Source: an uncultured SAR86 cluster bacterium
GTDB taxonomy: Bacteria; Pseudomonadota; Gammaproteobacteria; Magnimaribacterales; AG-339-G14
Length of the DNA: 64,000 nt
Reading direction: 5' to 3'
NCBI GenBank assembly: GCA_902563105.1
Contig: CACEVU010000001.1
Span: 285,649 to 349,648, forward strand
Part shown: piece after piece, positions 57,501-64,000 of the stretch
Layout: each line of letters starts with the position of its first letter
Position numbering within the stretch: the stretch's first letter is position 1
Translations under genes and position numbers: made by a program
Notes under the pieces: model-generated
What the model saw: only the letters and a program-made list of their open reading frames with translations
Told to the model about the DNA's origin: nothing
The model's database searches: none

Positions 57501-57659
57501 AGGATTTGGAAATTAGAATCTGCAGATACAGATGGCGATGGCGAAGATAACAAAACCGATAATGATGATGATAATGACGGTGTTCTGGATACAAATGATG
57601 CGTTTAAGTTAGATCCAGATTCATCTATAGATTCAAATTCAGATGGAATTCCAGACTAA
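54507..57659 (+). CDS. Large surface lipoprotein with cadherin/Ig-like modules, a metzincin-type zinc protease motif and C-terminal TSP3-like calcium-binding repeats
   Basis: Lipobox LIVSC plus a G8 linker. NGFDYFNYTV...VSPVADKPVF and IDPEGGSISYSLSGTDADKVTISSSGGALNF...YNFSVIASN modules. HELGHNLGSGH at nt 56619-56651 with GTIMSY downstream. DTDGDGEDNKTDNDDDNDGVLDTNDAF...DSNSDGIPD at the C-terminus. Confidence 0.7.
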   Translation: MISKLFIWIFSVLIVSCGGGGGGGGSNVSSSLTTTNKEHNLNITVVDGYIKNSTLTAEYMTQIYTDNRDRCLRRYNLDSNLNYFSIFEEHSSVNAGNYSLRTRNPEFFDGTFEEGTTNFRITAKGGIEVDSNKAMPNLNLINDQVDRYLPNQTSFIISPLTTAEYFFNRNLNNCQWNPVNEKINKILGFSESIDINLEDPLTNLNDLDRIKVFNINNQLTSLVLAMNEIRNYENPGNKNSDEIFLILTDYLASSYKLNPNQSLSLISEAVLTNFLNLARTELPLALDLTIQEKLLVMLKNMMKLIQYKNTYDANINPLATNALTKFSKTVFIEDFFKVWRNIDNENVYQYYENNLAQRISQISGVDESYLNFLIRTEPLFLSTQEDVSLTISILENIHYDFNESLTITFQNPTNGTLTKDNANVFTYVPNSNFNGFDYFNYTVQQGLNSQDGYVGINVSPVADKPVFSNISSPINVLEGSTFIANINAIDPEGGSISYSLSGTDADKVTISSSGGALNFKEAPNFDVKNSYNFSVIASNLVGQASLNLVVNILNDNSQIDLLIYYSSDMLTKYSSEDNVRTKMEYLVSSLNNSLVRSEADISFNLQKLLPYDIDISNQTAEQILNVSRERAKIKQDQIFYGADYHVIISRWNTEKGTTLGLASIDNAIDSTDWDFWAGALSNWTADPDWQELECTMCVQDKVFSHELGHNLGSGHWPGSLGQSYAFGHRVDGNLDGDYLDSEDWGTIMSYNDISPDYFSNPSVNCKVGEPCGVLNVSDNTRWFDSYASRFSNILPATFPNDSGSGFKINLKNFFPMINGGSSIYSNAGNQRTFSITSLGTYDHGGNSYNIFKWENSVSGQSKMAFHFYELNGRYYVIRTDYEDGYYFSGVDEYTLYDSTGTDLCTFAVQNGFIGQNLSRTCKNAYVGDPPIYNDTYHFSNFIKEESITVPYGTYNATKYVFALWDNSQEPSFLPPYLMHVIFWFNNEVGIVQYRDHLGRIWKLESADTDGDGEDNKTDNDDDNDGVLDTNDAFKLDPDSSIDSNSDGIPD
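54558..54581 (+). repeat. In-frame hexanucleotide tandem repeat (GGAGGC)x3 + GGAGGT encoding Gly8
   Basis: Read directly: TGT GGA GGC GGA GGC GGA GGC GGA GGT. It is a conspicuous GC-rich microsatellite in an AT-rich genome, directly after the lipobox Cys codon. Confidence 0.9.
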
Positions 57660-58249
57660 TGTTCAATATAGTCCATTCCCCATTCTTTAGAGACAAAACC
57701 TGCATTTCGAGTATCAATAATATAGTTTATAGATTTTGATCTATCTTGATTGATCAAGTAAACATTGTTGTTTAAAAAGATTTTACCAAAAGACATTTCG
57801 GGACCTATCACTAAAAAAGAATAATTTTCTCCTCTATTAAACACAGTTTTAATGATTTTATTCTGTCCCTTTTTTTCAACAGACTTAATTTCTTTTTGAA
57901 AAATTCCTTCTTCAAATAAGTCAATGGTCAGAATATCGCCAGGTATTATGTCTTGAAAAGTATCTTCAAAATTTAAAATTTCTTTGTAGGCATTCGGATT
58001 TTTTTCGCCCAACAATCTTTTATCAAGATTAAAATTAGATAATTCAAGGATTAAAATTTTTTTAGAAATTCTTTTACTTAATTGAGTTAGGTCTAAAGTT
58101 TTTTTTTCTTTTTCTTCATCAACTATATTTTGCTTTTGAAGGGGTTTTTCACTAATGGCAATAGACTCTTTTTCTATTAAAAAAAAGTAGATAATCAAAA
58201 TTAAGATTAAGGCAATAAAAAAAACTAAAAATCTCATCATTAAAAGCAA
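57656..58249 (-). CDS. Hypothetical membrane-anchored protein (197 aa)
   Basis: N-terminal TM (FLVFFIALILILIIYFFLI), K/E-rich linker and a ~110-aa C-terminal globular part with no recognised motif. Its stop overlaps the stop of the lipoprotein gene (convergent, 4 nt). Confidence 0.45.
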   Translation of the reverse strand: MLLMMRFLVFFIALILILIIYFFLIEKESIAISEKPLQKQNIVDEEKEKKTLDLTQLSKRISKKILILELSNFNLDKRLLGEKNPNAYKEILNFEDTFQDIIPGDILTIDLFEEGIFQKEIKSVEKKGQNKIIKTVFNRGENYSFLVIGPEMSFGKIFLNNNVYLINQDRSKSINYIIDTRNAGFVSKEWGMDYIEH

Positions 58250-58305
58250 TTTATAAATTAAATTGTAAGATAAAATTAAAAAAAATTTATAAATAATATT
58301 TTCTA

Positions 58306-59367
58306 GTGCTTAATATCGAGAACATAGAGCTAATAATTGGTAATTCTGGATGGAACTTTTCTGGAGGAACTTCCATTACGATTCAATTATTAGATTATGA
58401 GGCAAAGGAGATGAATTTGGCTGTTTTAGGATCAAGATTTATTCCTAAGCACTTTAAGACTTTGAATTATTTTCAATTTTTATTACTTACTCGAAAAAAA
58501 TTACCTAATGGTAAGTTAAGAGTTTTCTATACCCGCAGAAATGATGAAATGATCCAAGGTTTGATTGCAAAATATTTCTTTGGTTCAAAGATCAAAATTA
58601 TTTTTTCTTCTTCTGCTCAAAGAAATCACACAAAATTTACTAAATGGCTTATCTCTAAAATGGACAGCATAGTCGCAACTTCAAAGAAAGCTGCAAGTTA
58701 TCTTTTAAAAGAGCCTGATATCATCATTCCTCACGGAATTGATCTTAGTAGATTTACTTTGTCACAAAGCAAAAAAGAATCTTGGGACCTTCTAGGTTTT
58801 CCAGGATCTATGGGGATTGGAATTTTTGGAAGGGTTAGGTACTCAAAAGGCATCGATATTTTAGTTGATGCAGCTATAAATGTTTTACCCCGTCATAATC
58901 AAGCAACCTTGATAATTTGTGGCGAAACTCAAGTTGAGGATTTGCCTTACAAAAACAAAATGCTGATTAAAATCAAGCAAGCAGGTTTAGAAAATAGAGT
59001 TTTCTTTCTTGGAAAAAAGCCTTTTGAAGAACTTCCTAAATTATTTCAAGGAATGTCTGTTGTTGCTGCTTTGAGTAGAAATGAGGGTTATGGATTAACG
59101 CCCTTAGAGGGTATGGCATCTGGAGCAGCAGTTCTAACAAGTTCAGCCGGAGTTTGGGATGAGCTTGTAAGGGATGAAATAGATGGTTATGTAGTTGATG
59201 TTGATAATGTTGATCAAACTTCAGAAAAACTTAATTTATTAATAGAAAATAGTTCTAAAACAAAAATTATGGGAGAAAATGCTGCAAAATATATTTCTGA
59301 AAATTTTTCAGTTGAGAATGAAGCTGAAAAAATTATCAAACACATAAGAGATGTCCAAAATATTTAA
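58306..59367 (+). CDS. Glycosyltransferase, GT-B fold (family 4-like)
   Basis: C-terminal half shows GRVRYSKGIDILVDA and EGYGLTPLEGMASGAAVLTS (E-x7-E-type region). GTG start directly after an in-frame TAG. Confidence 0.7.
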   Translation: MLNIENIELIIGNSGWNFSGGTSITIQLLDYEAKEMNLAVLGSRFIPKHFKTLNYFQFLLLTRKKLPNGKLRVFYTRRNDEMIQGLIAKYFFGSKIKIIFSSSAQRNHTKFTKWLISKMDSIVATSKKAASYLLKEPDIIIPHGIDLSRFTLSQSKKESWDLLGFPGSMGIGIFGRVRYSKGIDILVDAAINVLPRHNQATLIICGETQVEDLPYKNKMLIKIKQAGLENRVFFLGKKPFEELPKLFQGMSVVAALSRNEGYGLTPLEGMASGAAVLTSSAGVWDELVRDEIDGYVVDVDNVDQTSEKLNLLIENSSKTKIMGENAAKYISENFSVENEAEKIIKHIRDVQNI

Positions 59368-60616
59368 ATCCAAGTCAATAATAATTTTTTTAATGTTGAT
59401 AAGCCCAATCGGGTTTTCTCTTGATTCAATTAATTCAACAAATCATTTGAAAGAAATTGTCTTTGGTGCAGGTTGTTTTTGGAGTGTTGAAAAAAAATTT
59501 CAAGAAACTTTTGGAGTAGTTAATGTTGAATCAGGTTATGCAGATGGAAAAAACATCAAACCTATATACAGAGAAATAATTAAGAGAGATAATAGATTCA
59601 ATCCAGACAATTTTGCAGAGGTTGTAAAAGTTACTTACAACAGCAATCAAGTTGAACTTGAAAATCTAATTAAATTATTTTTCGAAATCCATGATCCCAC
59701 TCAAGAAAACAGACAAGGTAATGACATTGGAGTTCAATATCGTTCACTGATACTGACGAACTCTGAAGAAGAGAAAATAATTTCGAATAAGATAAAAGTT
59801 GAATTTCAAGATTTATTAAATGAAAAAGGTTTTGGACCAATAACAACTGATATCAAAGTATTACAAAAATTCTATCTAGCTGAAGAATACCATCAAGATT
59901 ATTTAAAAAAGAATCCAGATGGATATTGTCCTGATAATTCTACTGGAGTAGTTTTTTCAAAAAAAAATAAAAAATTTAAAAGTAATGAAGATCTTTTGGT
60001 AGGCCAAAGAATTCTTGTTCTCGAAGCTGAAGGTTGTCCTTATTGTTATAAATTAAGGCAAGATGTTCTAAATAATTATCAAGGTTCAATACCTGTTTAC
60101 TTTAGAGAATCTTACCAGCTTGAGGGCCTTAAACTGCAAACTCCCACTTGGGCAACTCCAACTATATATTTTCTTGAAGAGGGTAGAGAGGTGATGGCCC
60201 ATCAAGGCTACCTTCCATCAAATAAGTTTTATAAATCCTTGGGTAAATTTAAGCTAGGAGAAAGCGAAGCTTTTAATGTTGCTTTTAATCAAGGAACAGA
60301 CCCTACTTTTTGTAAAGAATATGAACTCTTTAAAAATACTCCTGAAGGAATATTTATTGATAAGCTCTCTGGAGCTCCTCTGTTTAATACAAAATATAGA
60401 TTCAATTCTAAAACAGGTTGGCTCTCCTTCACCGAAGCTATAAAAGATTCTGTAACAGAACATATGGATTACAGCTATGGCATGGTGAGGGTTGAGATAA
60501 GATCTAAATCATCAGGCATTCATTTAGGACACGTATTTAATGATGGCCCGTATGGCAAACCAAGGTATTGTATCAATGCGACTGTGTTAGAATTCGTTCC
60601 GAATTTAGACACGTAG
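59351..60616 (+). CDS. Secreted fusion: methionine-S-sulfoxide reductase (MsrA) / CPYC thioredoxin-fold domain / methionine-R-sulfoxide reductase (MsrB)
   Basis: Signal-like N-terminus. MsrA: GAGCFWSVEKKF ... EEYHQDYL. Middle: EGCPYCYKL (CPYC at nt 60035-60046) and WATPT cis-Pro-like motif. MsrB: GWLSFTEAI, HLGHVFNDGP, RYCINATVLEFVP. Confidence 0.8.
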   Translation: MSKIFKSKSIIIFLMLISPIGFSLDSINSTNHLKEIVFGAGCFWSVEKKFQETFGVVNVESGYADGKNIKPIYREIIKRDNRFNPDNFAEVVKVTYNSNQVELENLIKLFFEIHDPTQENRQGNDIGVQYRSLILTNSEEEKIISNKIKVEFQDLLNEKGFGPITTDIKVLQKFYLAEEYHQDYLKKNPDGYCPDNSTGVVFSKKNKKFKSNEDLLVGQRILVLEAEGCPYCYKLRQDVLNNYQGSIPVYFRESYQLEGLKLQTPTWATPTIYFLEEGREVMAHQGYLPSNKFYKSLGKFKLGESEAFNVAFNQGTDPTFCKEYELFKNTPEGIFIDKLSGAPLFNTKYRFNSKTGWLSFTEAIKDSVTEHMDYSYGMVRVEIRSKSSGIHLGHVFNDGPYGKPRYCINATVLEFVPNLDT

Positions 60617-60683
60617 CTCAGTTGGTTAGAGTACTACCTTGACATGGTAGGGGTCCCCGGTTCGAATCCGGGCGTGTCTACCA
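60607..60683 (+). tRNA. tRNA-Val (anticodon GAC)
   Basis: AGACACGTAGCTCAGTTGGTTAGAGTACTACCTTGACATGGTAGGGGTCCCCGGTTCGAATCCGGGCGTGTCTACCA. Acceptor AGACACG/CGTGTCT, anticodon loop TTGACAT. Very similar in layout to E. coli tRNA-Val(GAC). Confidence 0.9.
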
Positions 60684-60699
60684 AATTTCTGAGGTTTAT

Positions 60700-60963
60700 A
60701 TGTTTGAAATCAATATTTTTAATTCTGCACAAATTTTTGATCAAATTTTCGCTTTCGTTTGTGTTTATTTGCTAACCAGTATCAATGCAAAAACTCGTTT
60801 TTACGGCTTTATTATTGGCACCGTTGGTTTTATTCCGGGAGTTTACTTACTAATCGCCACTCAACTTTGGTGGTTATTAGCCTTCATGCCAATCTGGGCT
60901 TATATCAACTATATTGGAATAGTTAATAATTACAGAGAATATAAAAAAACTAAAGTTGCTTAA
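60700..60963 (+). CDS. Hypothetical small membrane protein (87 aa, ~3 TM)
   Basis: Hydrophobic segments with a Trp-rich third helix (LWWLLAFMPIWAYINYIG). No confident family. Confidence 0.45.
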   Translation: MFEINIFNSAQIFDQIFAFVCVYLLTSINAKTRFYGFIIGTVGFIPGVYLLIATQLWWLLAFMPIWAYINYIGIVNNYREYKKTKVA

Positions 60964-61005
60964 AAGATATTTTTTTATAACTAAGTTTGTAGGTATTTTT
61001 CTCTA

Positions 61006-61521
61006 ATGGATAATCTTTTAAAAGCCTTTTTGAGATCAGATCACGCCGGTGAAGTTGGAGCTGTGTATATTTATAAAGGAATTCTTAAAATTGCTAAGGA
61101 TCCTGAATTAGTTAATTTTTCCAAAAGGCATTTAGTAACTGAAGAATCTCATCTTCAAAAGATTGAGAGGGTGCTTCCAAAAAAAGACAGAAGCAAATTA
61201 GTTTGGTTGTGGAAAGTTGCTGGCTTTTTACTCGGTTTTCTCCCTGCGCTATTTGGTCCAAAAATTGTCTTTGCTACTATAGAAGCTGTTGAAGCTTTTG
61301 TAGAAGAGCACTACGAAGAACAACTCAAATATCTTCGAGCCCAGCCAAATCCTAATCAAGAGCTCATAGACCTTCTTCAGTCATGTCAGGATGATGAAAT
61401 TGATCACAAACTTGAATCAGCTGAAAAGAAAAATTTAACTCCAGGTATTTTCATTAATTTCTGGACTAAAATAGTAGGTGGTGGCTCAGCTTTTGCGGTC
61501 AAGGTAGCTAAAATTATCTAA
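61006..61521 (+). CDS. coq7: Demethoxyubiquinone hydroxylase (di-iron carboxylate, Coq7 family)
   Basis: RSDHAGEVGAVYIYKG, TEESHL, VEEHYEEQ, DDEIDH. The repeated E..H di-iron motifs are typical of Coq7. Confidence 0.85.
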   Translation: MDNLLKAFLRSDHAGEVGAVYIYKGILKIAKDPELVNFSKRHLVTEESHLQKIERVLPKKDRSKLVWLWKVAGFLLGFLPALFGPKIVFATIEAVEAFVEEHYEEQLKYLRAQPNPNQELIDLLQSCQDDEIDHKLESAEKKNLTPGIFINFWTKIVGGGSAFAVKVAKII

Positions 61522-61532
61522 TAAAATTCCAG

Positions 61533-61560
61533 TTGCATTTTCTCCTAATGCAAATATACT
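61533..61560 (+). promoter_or_regulatory. Candidate sigma70 promoter of umuDC (TTGCAT - 16 nt - TATACT)
   Basis: -35-like TTGCAT at 61533-61538 and -10-like TATACT at 61555-61560. The -10 overlaps the LexA box. This is sequence resemblance only. Confidence 0.4.
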
Positions 61561-61576
61561 GTATATATATACAGTA
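61557..61576. promoter_or_regulatory. LexA (SOS) box
   Basis: TACTGTATATATATACAGTA is a perfect 20-nt palindrome identical to the gammaproteobacterial CTGT-N8-ACAG consensus. It lies 24 nt upstream of the umuD ATG. Confidence 0.9.
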
Positions 61577-61599
61577 TTAATTATTCAACCTTAATATTT

Positions 61600-62025
61600 A
61601 TGAATTTAAAACATTTAGGGCAAATTGCAGACTCTAACGAAAACTCAGAAACACCTTTGTTTTCTGAATACGTTCAAGTAGGTTGGCCAAGTCCTGCAGA
61701 TGACTACATAGAAAAATCAATTGATTTGCATCAACTCTTAATAAAAGCTCCGGCTGCTACCTATCTCGTGAGGGCAAATGGAGATTCCATGTTAAATGCA
61801 GGAATAAACAATGGAGCAATACTTGTAGTAGATAGGAGCTTAGAACCCAAACATGGCGATATTGTTATTGCTTCTATCGATGGAGCTTACGCTTGTAAAC
61901 GTCTTCAATTAAGACCTAAAGTAGGTCTATTTTCGGAAAATATTAAATATCCTCCTATTTTTCTAAAAGATGAAGAAGAGTTAGACATCATGGGGATCGT
62001 TACTGCAGCAATAAATCAATTTTAA
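61600..62025 (+). CDS. umuD: Translesion polymerase V accessory subunit UmuD (S24 peptidase)
   Basis: Collinear with E. coli UmuD: VQVGWPSPADDYIE, Ser-nucleophile ANGDSM, Lys in ACKRLQLRP. Confidence 0.9.
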   Translation: MNLKHLGQIADSNENSETPLFSEYVQVGWPSPADDYIEKSIDLHQLLIKAPAATYLVRANGDSMLNAGINNGAILVVDRSLEPKHGDIVIASIDGAYACKRLQLRPKVGLFSENIKYPPIFLKDEEELDIMGIVTAAINQF

Positions 62026-62026
62026 A

Positions 62027-63289
62027 ATGTTTGCTTTGGTTGATTGCAATAGTTTCTATGCTTCATGCGAAAGAGTTTTTAGGCCAGATCTTAGAACAAA
62101 ACCAGTAGTTGTTTTATCAAACAATGATGGCTGCGTTGTTGCTCTAACCAAAGAGGCAAAAAATCTTGGAATTAAAATGTGCGATCCTTGGTTCAAAATA
62201 GAAAAGACATTCAAACAAAAAGGTGGAATTGCATTCTCATCTAATTATGAGTTGTATGGCGATATCTCATCTAGAATTATGAGTATTTTAGAAGAGCTTG
62301 CCCCTAAAGTAGAAATTTATAGCATCGATGAAGCATTTCTTGATTTAACCGGCATAGCTAACTGCATGGATTTAGAGGAATTTGGTAGAGCTTGTCAAAA
62401 ACAAATCATGCAGTACACGGGCATGCCAGTTCGAGTTGGTATTGGGCCTACCAAAACCTTGGCTAAGGTCGCAAGTTATGGTGCAAAGCGCTATTCAGCC
62501 ACTCAAGGAGTATTAGATGTCACTGAGACACATAGACGGAAAAAACTCATGAGTTTAATGCCAATAAATGAAATTTGGGGAGTCGGAAGAAGATTGAATA
62601 AACGACTTCTTTCTCAGCAAATTTCAACAGCATTTGAACTAAGCCAGATGGACATAGGACAAGTACGAAAACAGTTTAGTATTATGTTGGTGAATACTAT
62701 CAGAGAATTAAAAGGGGAATCTTGTATTCCTTTAGATAACGCACCTGCTCCTAAAAAACAGATAGTCGTTAGTCGAACTTTCAGTAAACGCGTTACCGAG
62801 TTAGGTTTTTTGGAAGAGGCTGTTAGTGATTATGCAGCACGGGCAGCTGAAAAGCTGAGAAAGGAGGGAAAAGCTTGTAAGGTTCTTTCTGTTTTTATTA
62901 GGACCAACCCTTTTAGAAAGCAAGACGTTCAACACAGAGAAATCAGATCAACTTCGCTTTTGTATCCAACAAATGACACTAGAGATCTTATAAAATATGC
63001 AAAATATCTACTAAAAGATTTATACCAAAAGGGATTTAATTATAATAAAGCTGGCATTATGCTGAGCGATTTTTTTGATGAAACTGTATATCAACTAGAT
63101 TTTTTTAAGAAAAAAGATAGGAATTCTCGAGACTTCCAGATGATGAGCTTAGTAGATCAAATTAACCAGAGTAATTTAGGACCGATTAGTTTTCTTGCTC
63201 AAGGTATAAAAAAAGAATGGTCAATGAAAAGACAGCTACAATCTCCTCGATACACTACTAGTTTTCAGGATATTCTAAAGGTAAATTAA
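62027..63289 (+). CDS. umuC: Translesion DNA polymerase V catalytic subunit UmuC (Y-family)
   Basis: MFALVDCNSFYASCERVF N-terminus, SNNDGCVVA, YSIDEAFLDL catalytic acidic motif. Confidence 0.9.
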   Translation: MFALVDCNSFYASCERVFRPDLRTKPVVVLSNNDGCVVALTKEAKNLGIKMCDPWFKIEKTFKQKGGIAFSSNYELYGDISSRIMSILEELAPKVEIYSIDEAFLDLTGIANCMDLEEFGRACQKQIMQYTGMPVRVGIGPTKTLAKVASYGAKRYSATQGVLDVTETHRRKKLMSLMPINEIWGVGRRLNKRLLSQQISTAFELSQMDIGQVRKQFSIMLVNTIRELKGESCIPLDNAPAPKKQIVVSRTFSKRVTELGFLEEAVSDYAARAAEKLRKEGKACKVLSVFIRTNPFRKQDVQHREIRSTSLLYPTNDTRDLIKYAKYLLKDLYQKGFNYNKAGIMLSDFFDETVYQLDFFKKKDRNSRDFQMMSLVDQINQSNLGPISFLAQGIKKEWSMKRQLQSPRYTTSFQDILKVN

Positions 63290-63292
63290 GAA

Positions 63293-64000
63293 TTATTTAT
63301 TAGAATACCAAATCACGTCAGAAGCAGAATCCTCTAACTTGCTTTCGATTCCCAAAACAAGAGCAAATAGAGCCATTCTTATAAGTAGACCGTTATCAGT
63401 TTGTCTGTAAATTGCTAAATTAGGATTTTGATTTAAATCAGGATCTAATTCGTTAGCATCAGGTCTTGAGTCGCGAGGAAGAGGATGCATAATTATGGTA
63501 TTTGGTTCGCAATTTTTTGTGTAGATATCTTGATTGAGAGACATTAAACCCTTGTATTTGGAAGATTCAGCTTTGTCAGAAAACCGTTCCTCTTGAATTC
63601 GAGTCATGTAGATAATATCAACATCTGAGATGCCTTTTTTAATGTCATTAGTTTCATGAAATTTAACGGAAGAATCATCAAAAGAGTCTTTAATAGATGA
63701 TGGCAATCCAAGTTTTTCAGGAGAAATTAAATTTATCGTTACATTGTCAAAAAGACATAAAACTTTGCAAAGGGAGTGAACAGCTCTGCCGTTTTTTAAA
63801 TCTCCAATAAGAGCGATCCTCAAACCATCAATAGTTTTATTTTTAGACTTAAGTTCTTTTTCAATGGTGTATAGATCTAATAAGGCTTGACTAGGATGTT
63901 CGTTATCTCCATCACCACCATTTATTACCGGTACTCTTGATGCTTCAGCAAACTCATTAACTGAACCAGCCTCATGATGTCTCATTACTATAATATCGCT
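63293..64000 (-). CDS. pyrB: Aspartate carbamoyltransferase catalytic subunit, C-terminal ~235 aa; the 5' end is beyond the window
   Basis: The frame stays open to nt 64000 (SDIIVMRHHEAGS). HPSQALLDLYTI and MHPLPRD motifs are present. Confidence 0.9.
   Translation of the reverse strand, partial: SDIIVMRHHEAGSVNEFAEASRVPVINGGDGDNEHPSQALLDLYTIEKELKSKNKTIDGLRIALIGDLKNGRAVHSLCKVLCLFDNVTINLISPEKLGLPSSIKDSFDDSSVKFHETNDIKKGISDVDIIYMTRIQEERFSDKAESSKYKGLMSLNQDIYTKNCEPNTIIMHPLPRDSRPDANELDPDLNQNPNLAIYRQTDNGLLIRMALFALVLGIESKLEDSASDVIWYSNK

Noticed and set aside
63306-63313. TACCAAAT, matching the 3' end of tRNA-Val (60679-60686), as a possible att-type direct repeat bounding a coq7-umuDC island.
   Set aside because: Only 8 nt match in an AT-rich sequence, and the second copy lies inside the pyrB coding region. 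There is no integrase or other mobility gene, so a chance match is most likely.

Overview
This is an AT-rich, very gene-dense chromosomal segment that reads like the core genome of a streamlined gammaproteobacterium, probably a marine planktonic one. The taxonomic guess is inference only. It rests on ZipA and on the smc-zipA-ligA, cysS/ppiB-lpxH and alaS-lysC-tRNA-Ser arrangements. I can support about 66 protein-coding genes, including two short ORFs below the track cutoff (ccmD, DUF2256). I can also support 5 tRNAs (Asn-GTT, Ser-GCT, Arg-CCT, Leu-TAG, Val-GAC), a consensus LexA/SOS box upstream of umuDC, one intrinsic terminator after metY, and a terminator/antiterminator leader upstream of metY. 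Gene content includes purF, acnB, lpxH, ppiB, cysS, uvrB, purL, alaS, lysC, metY, hisI and a complete System I cytochrome c maturation operon (ccmABCDEFGHI). It also includes smc-zipA-ligA, many acyl-CoA/lipid-catabolism genes (3 acyl-CoA dehydrogenases, 2 crotonases, a carboxyltransferase, thioesterase, aldehyde dehydrogenase, Baeyer-Villiger-type monooxygenase), a PhrB-like photolyase, coq7, umuDC and pyrB. I saw no rRNA, CRISPR array, transposase, integrase, phage gene or recognisable defence gene, so I do not claim a new multi-gene system. The items most worth a second look are: (1) an 810-aa SMC with canonical heads but no recognisable hinge; (2) a 1050-aa lipoprotein combining cadherin-like modules, an HExxHxxGxxH metzincin motif and TSP3-like Ca-binding repeats; (3) a secreted MsrA / CPYC-redoxin / zinc-less MsrB fusion whose stop codon lies inside tRNA-Val; (4) a PhrB-like photolyase that seems to lack the canonical Fe-S cysteine ligands and is translationally coupled to an unlisted 43-aa DUF2256 ORF; (5) a possible riboswitch-type leader upstream of metY. 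All product calls come from motif and family recognition by eye. No database search was run.
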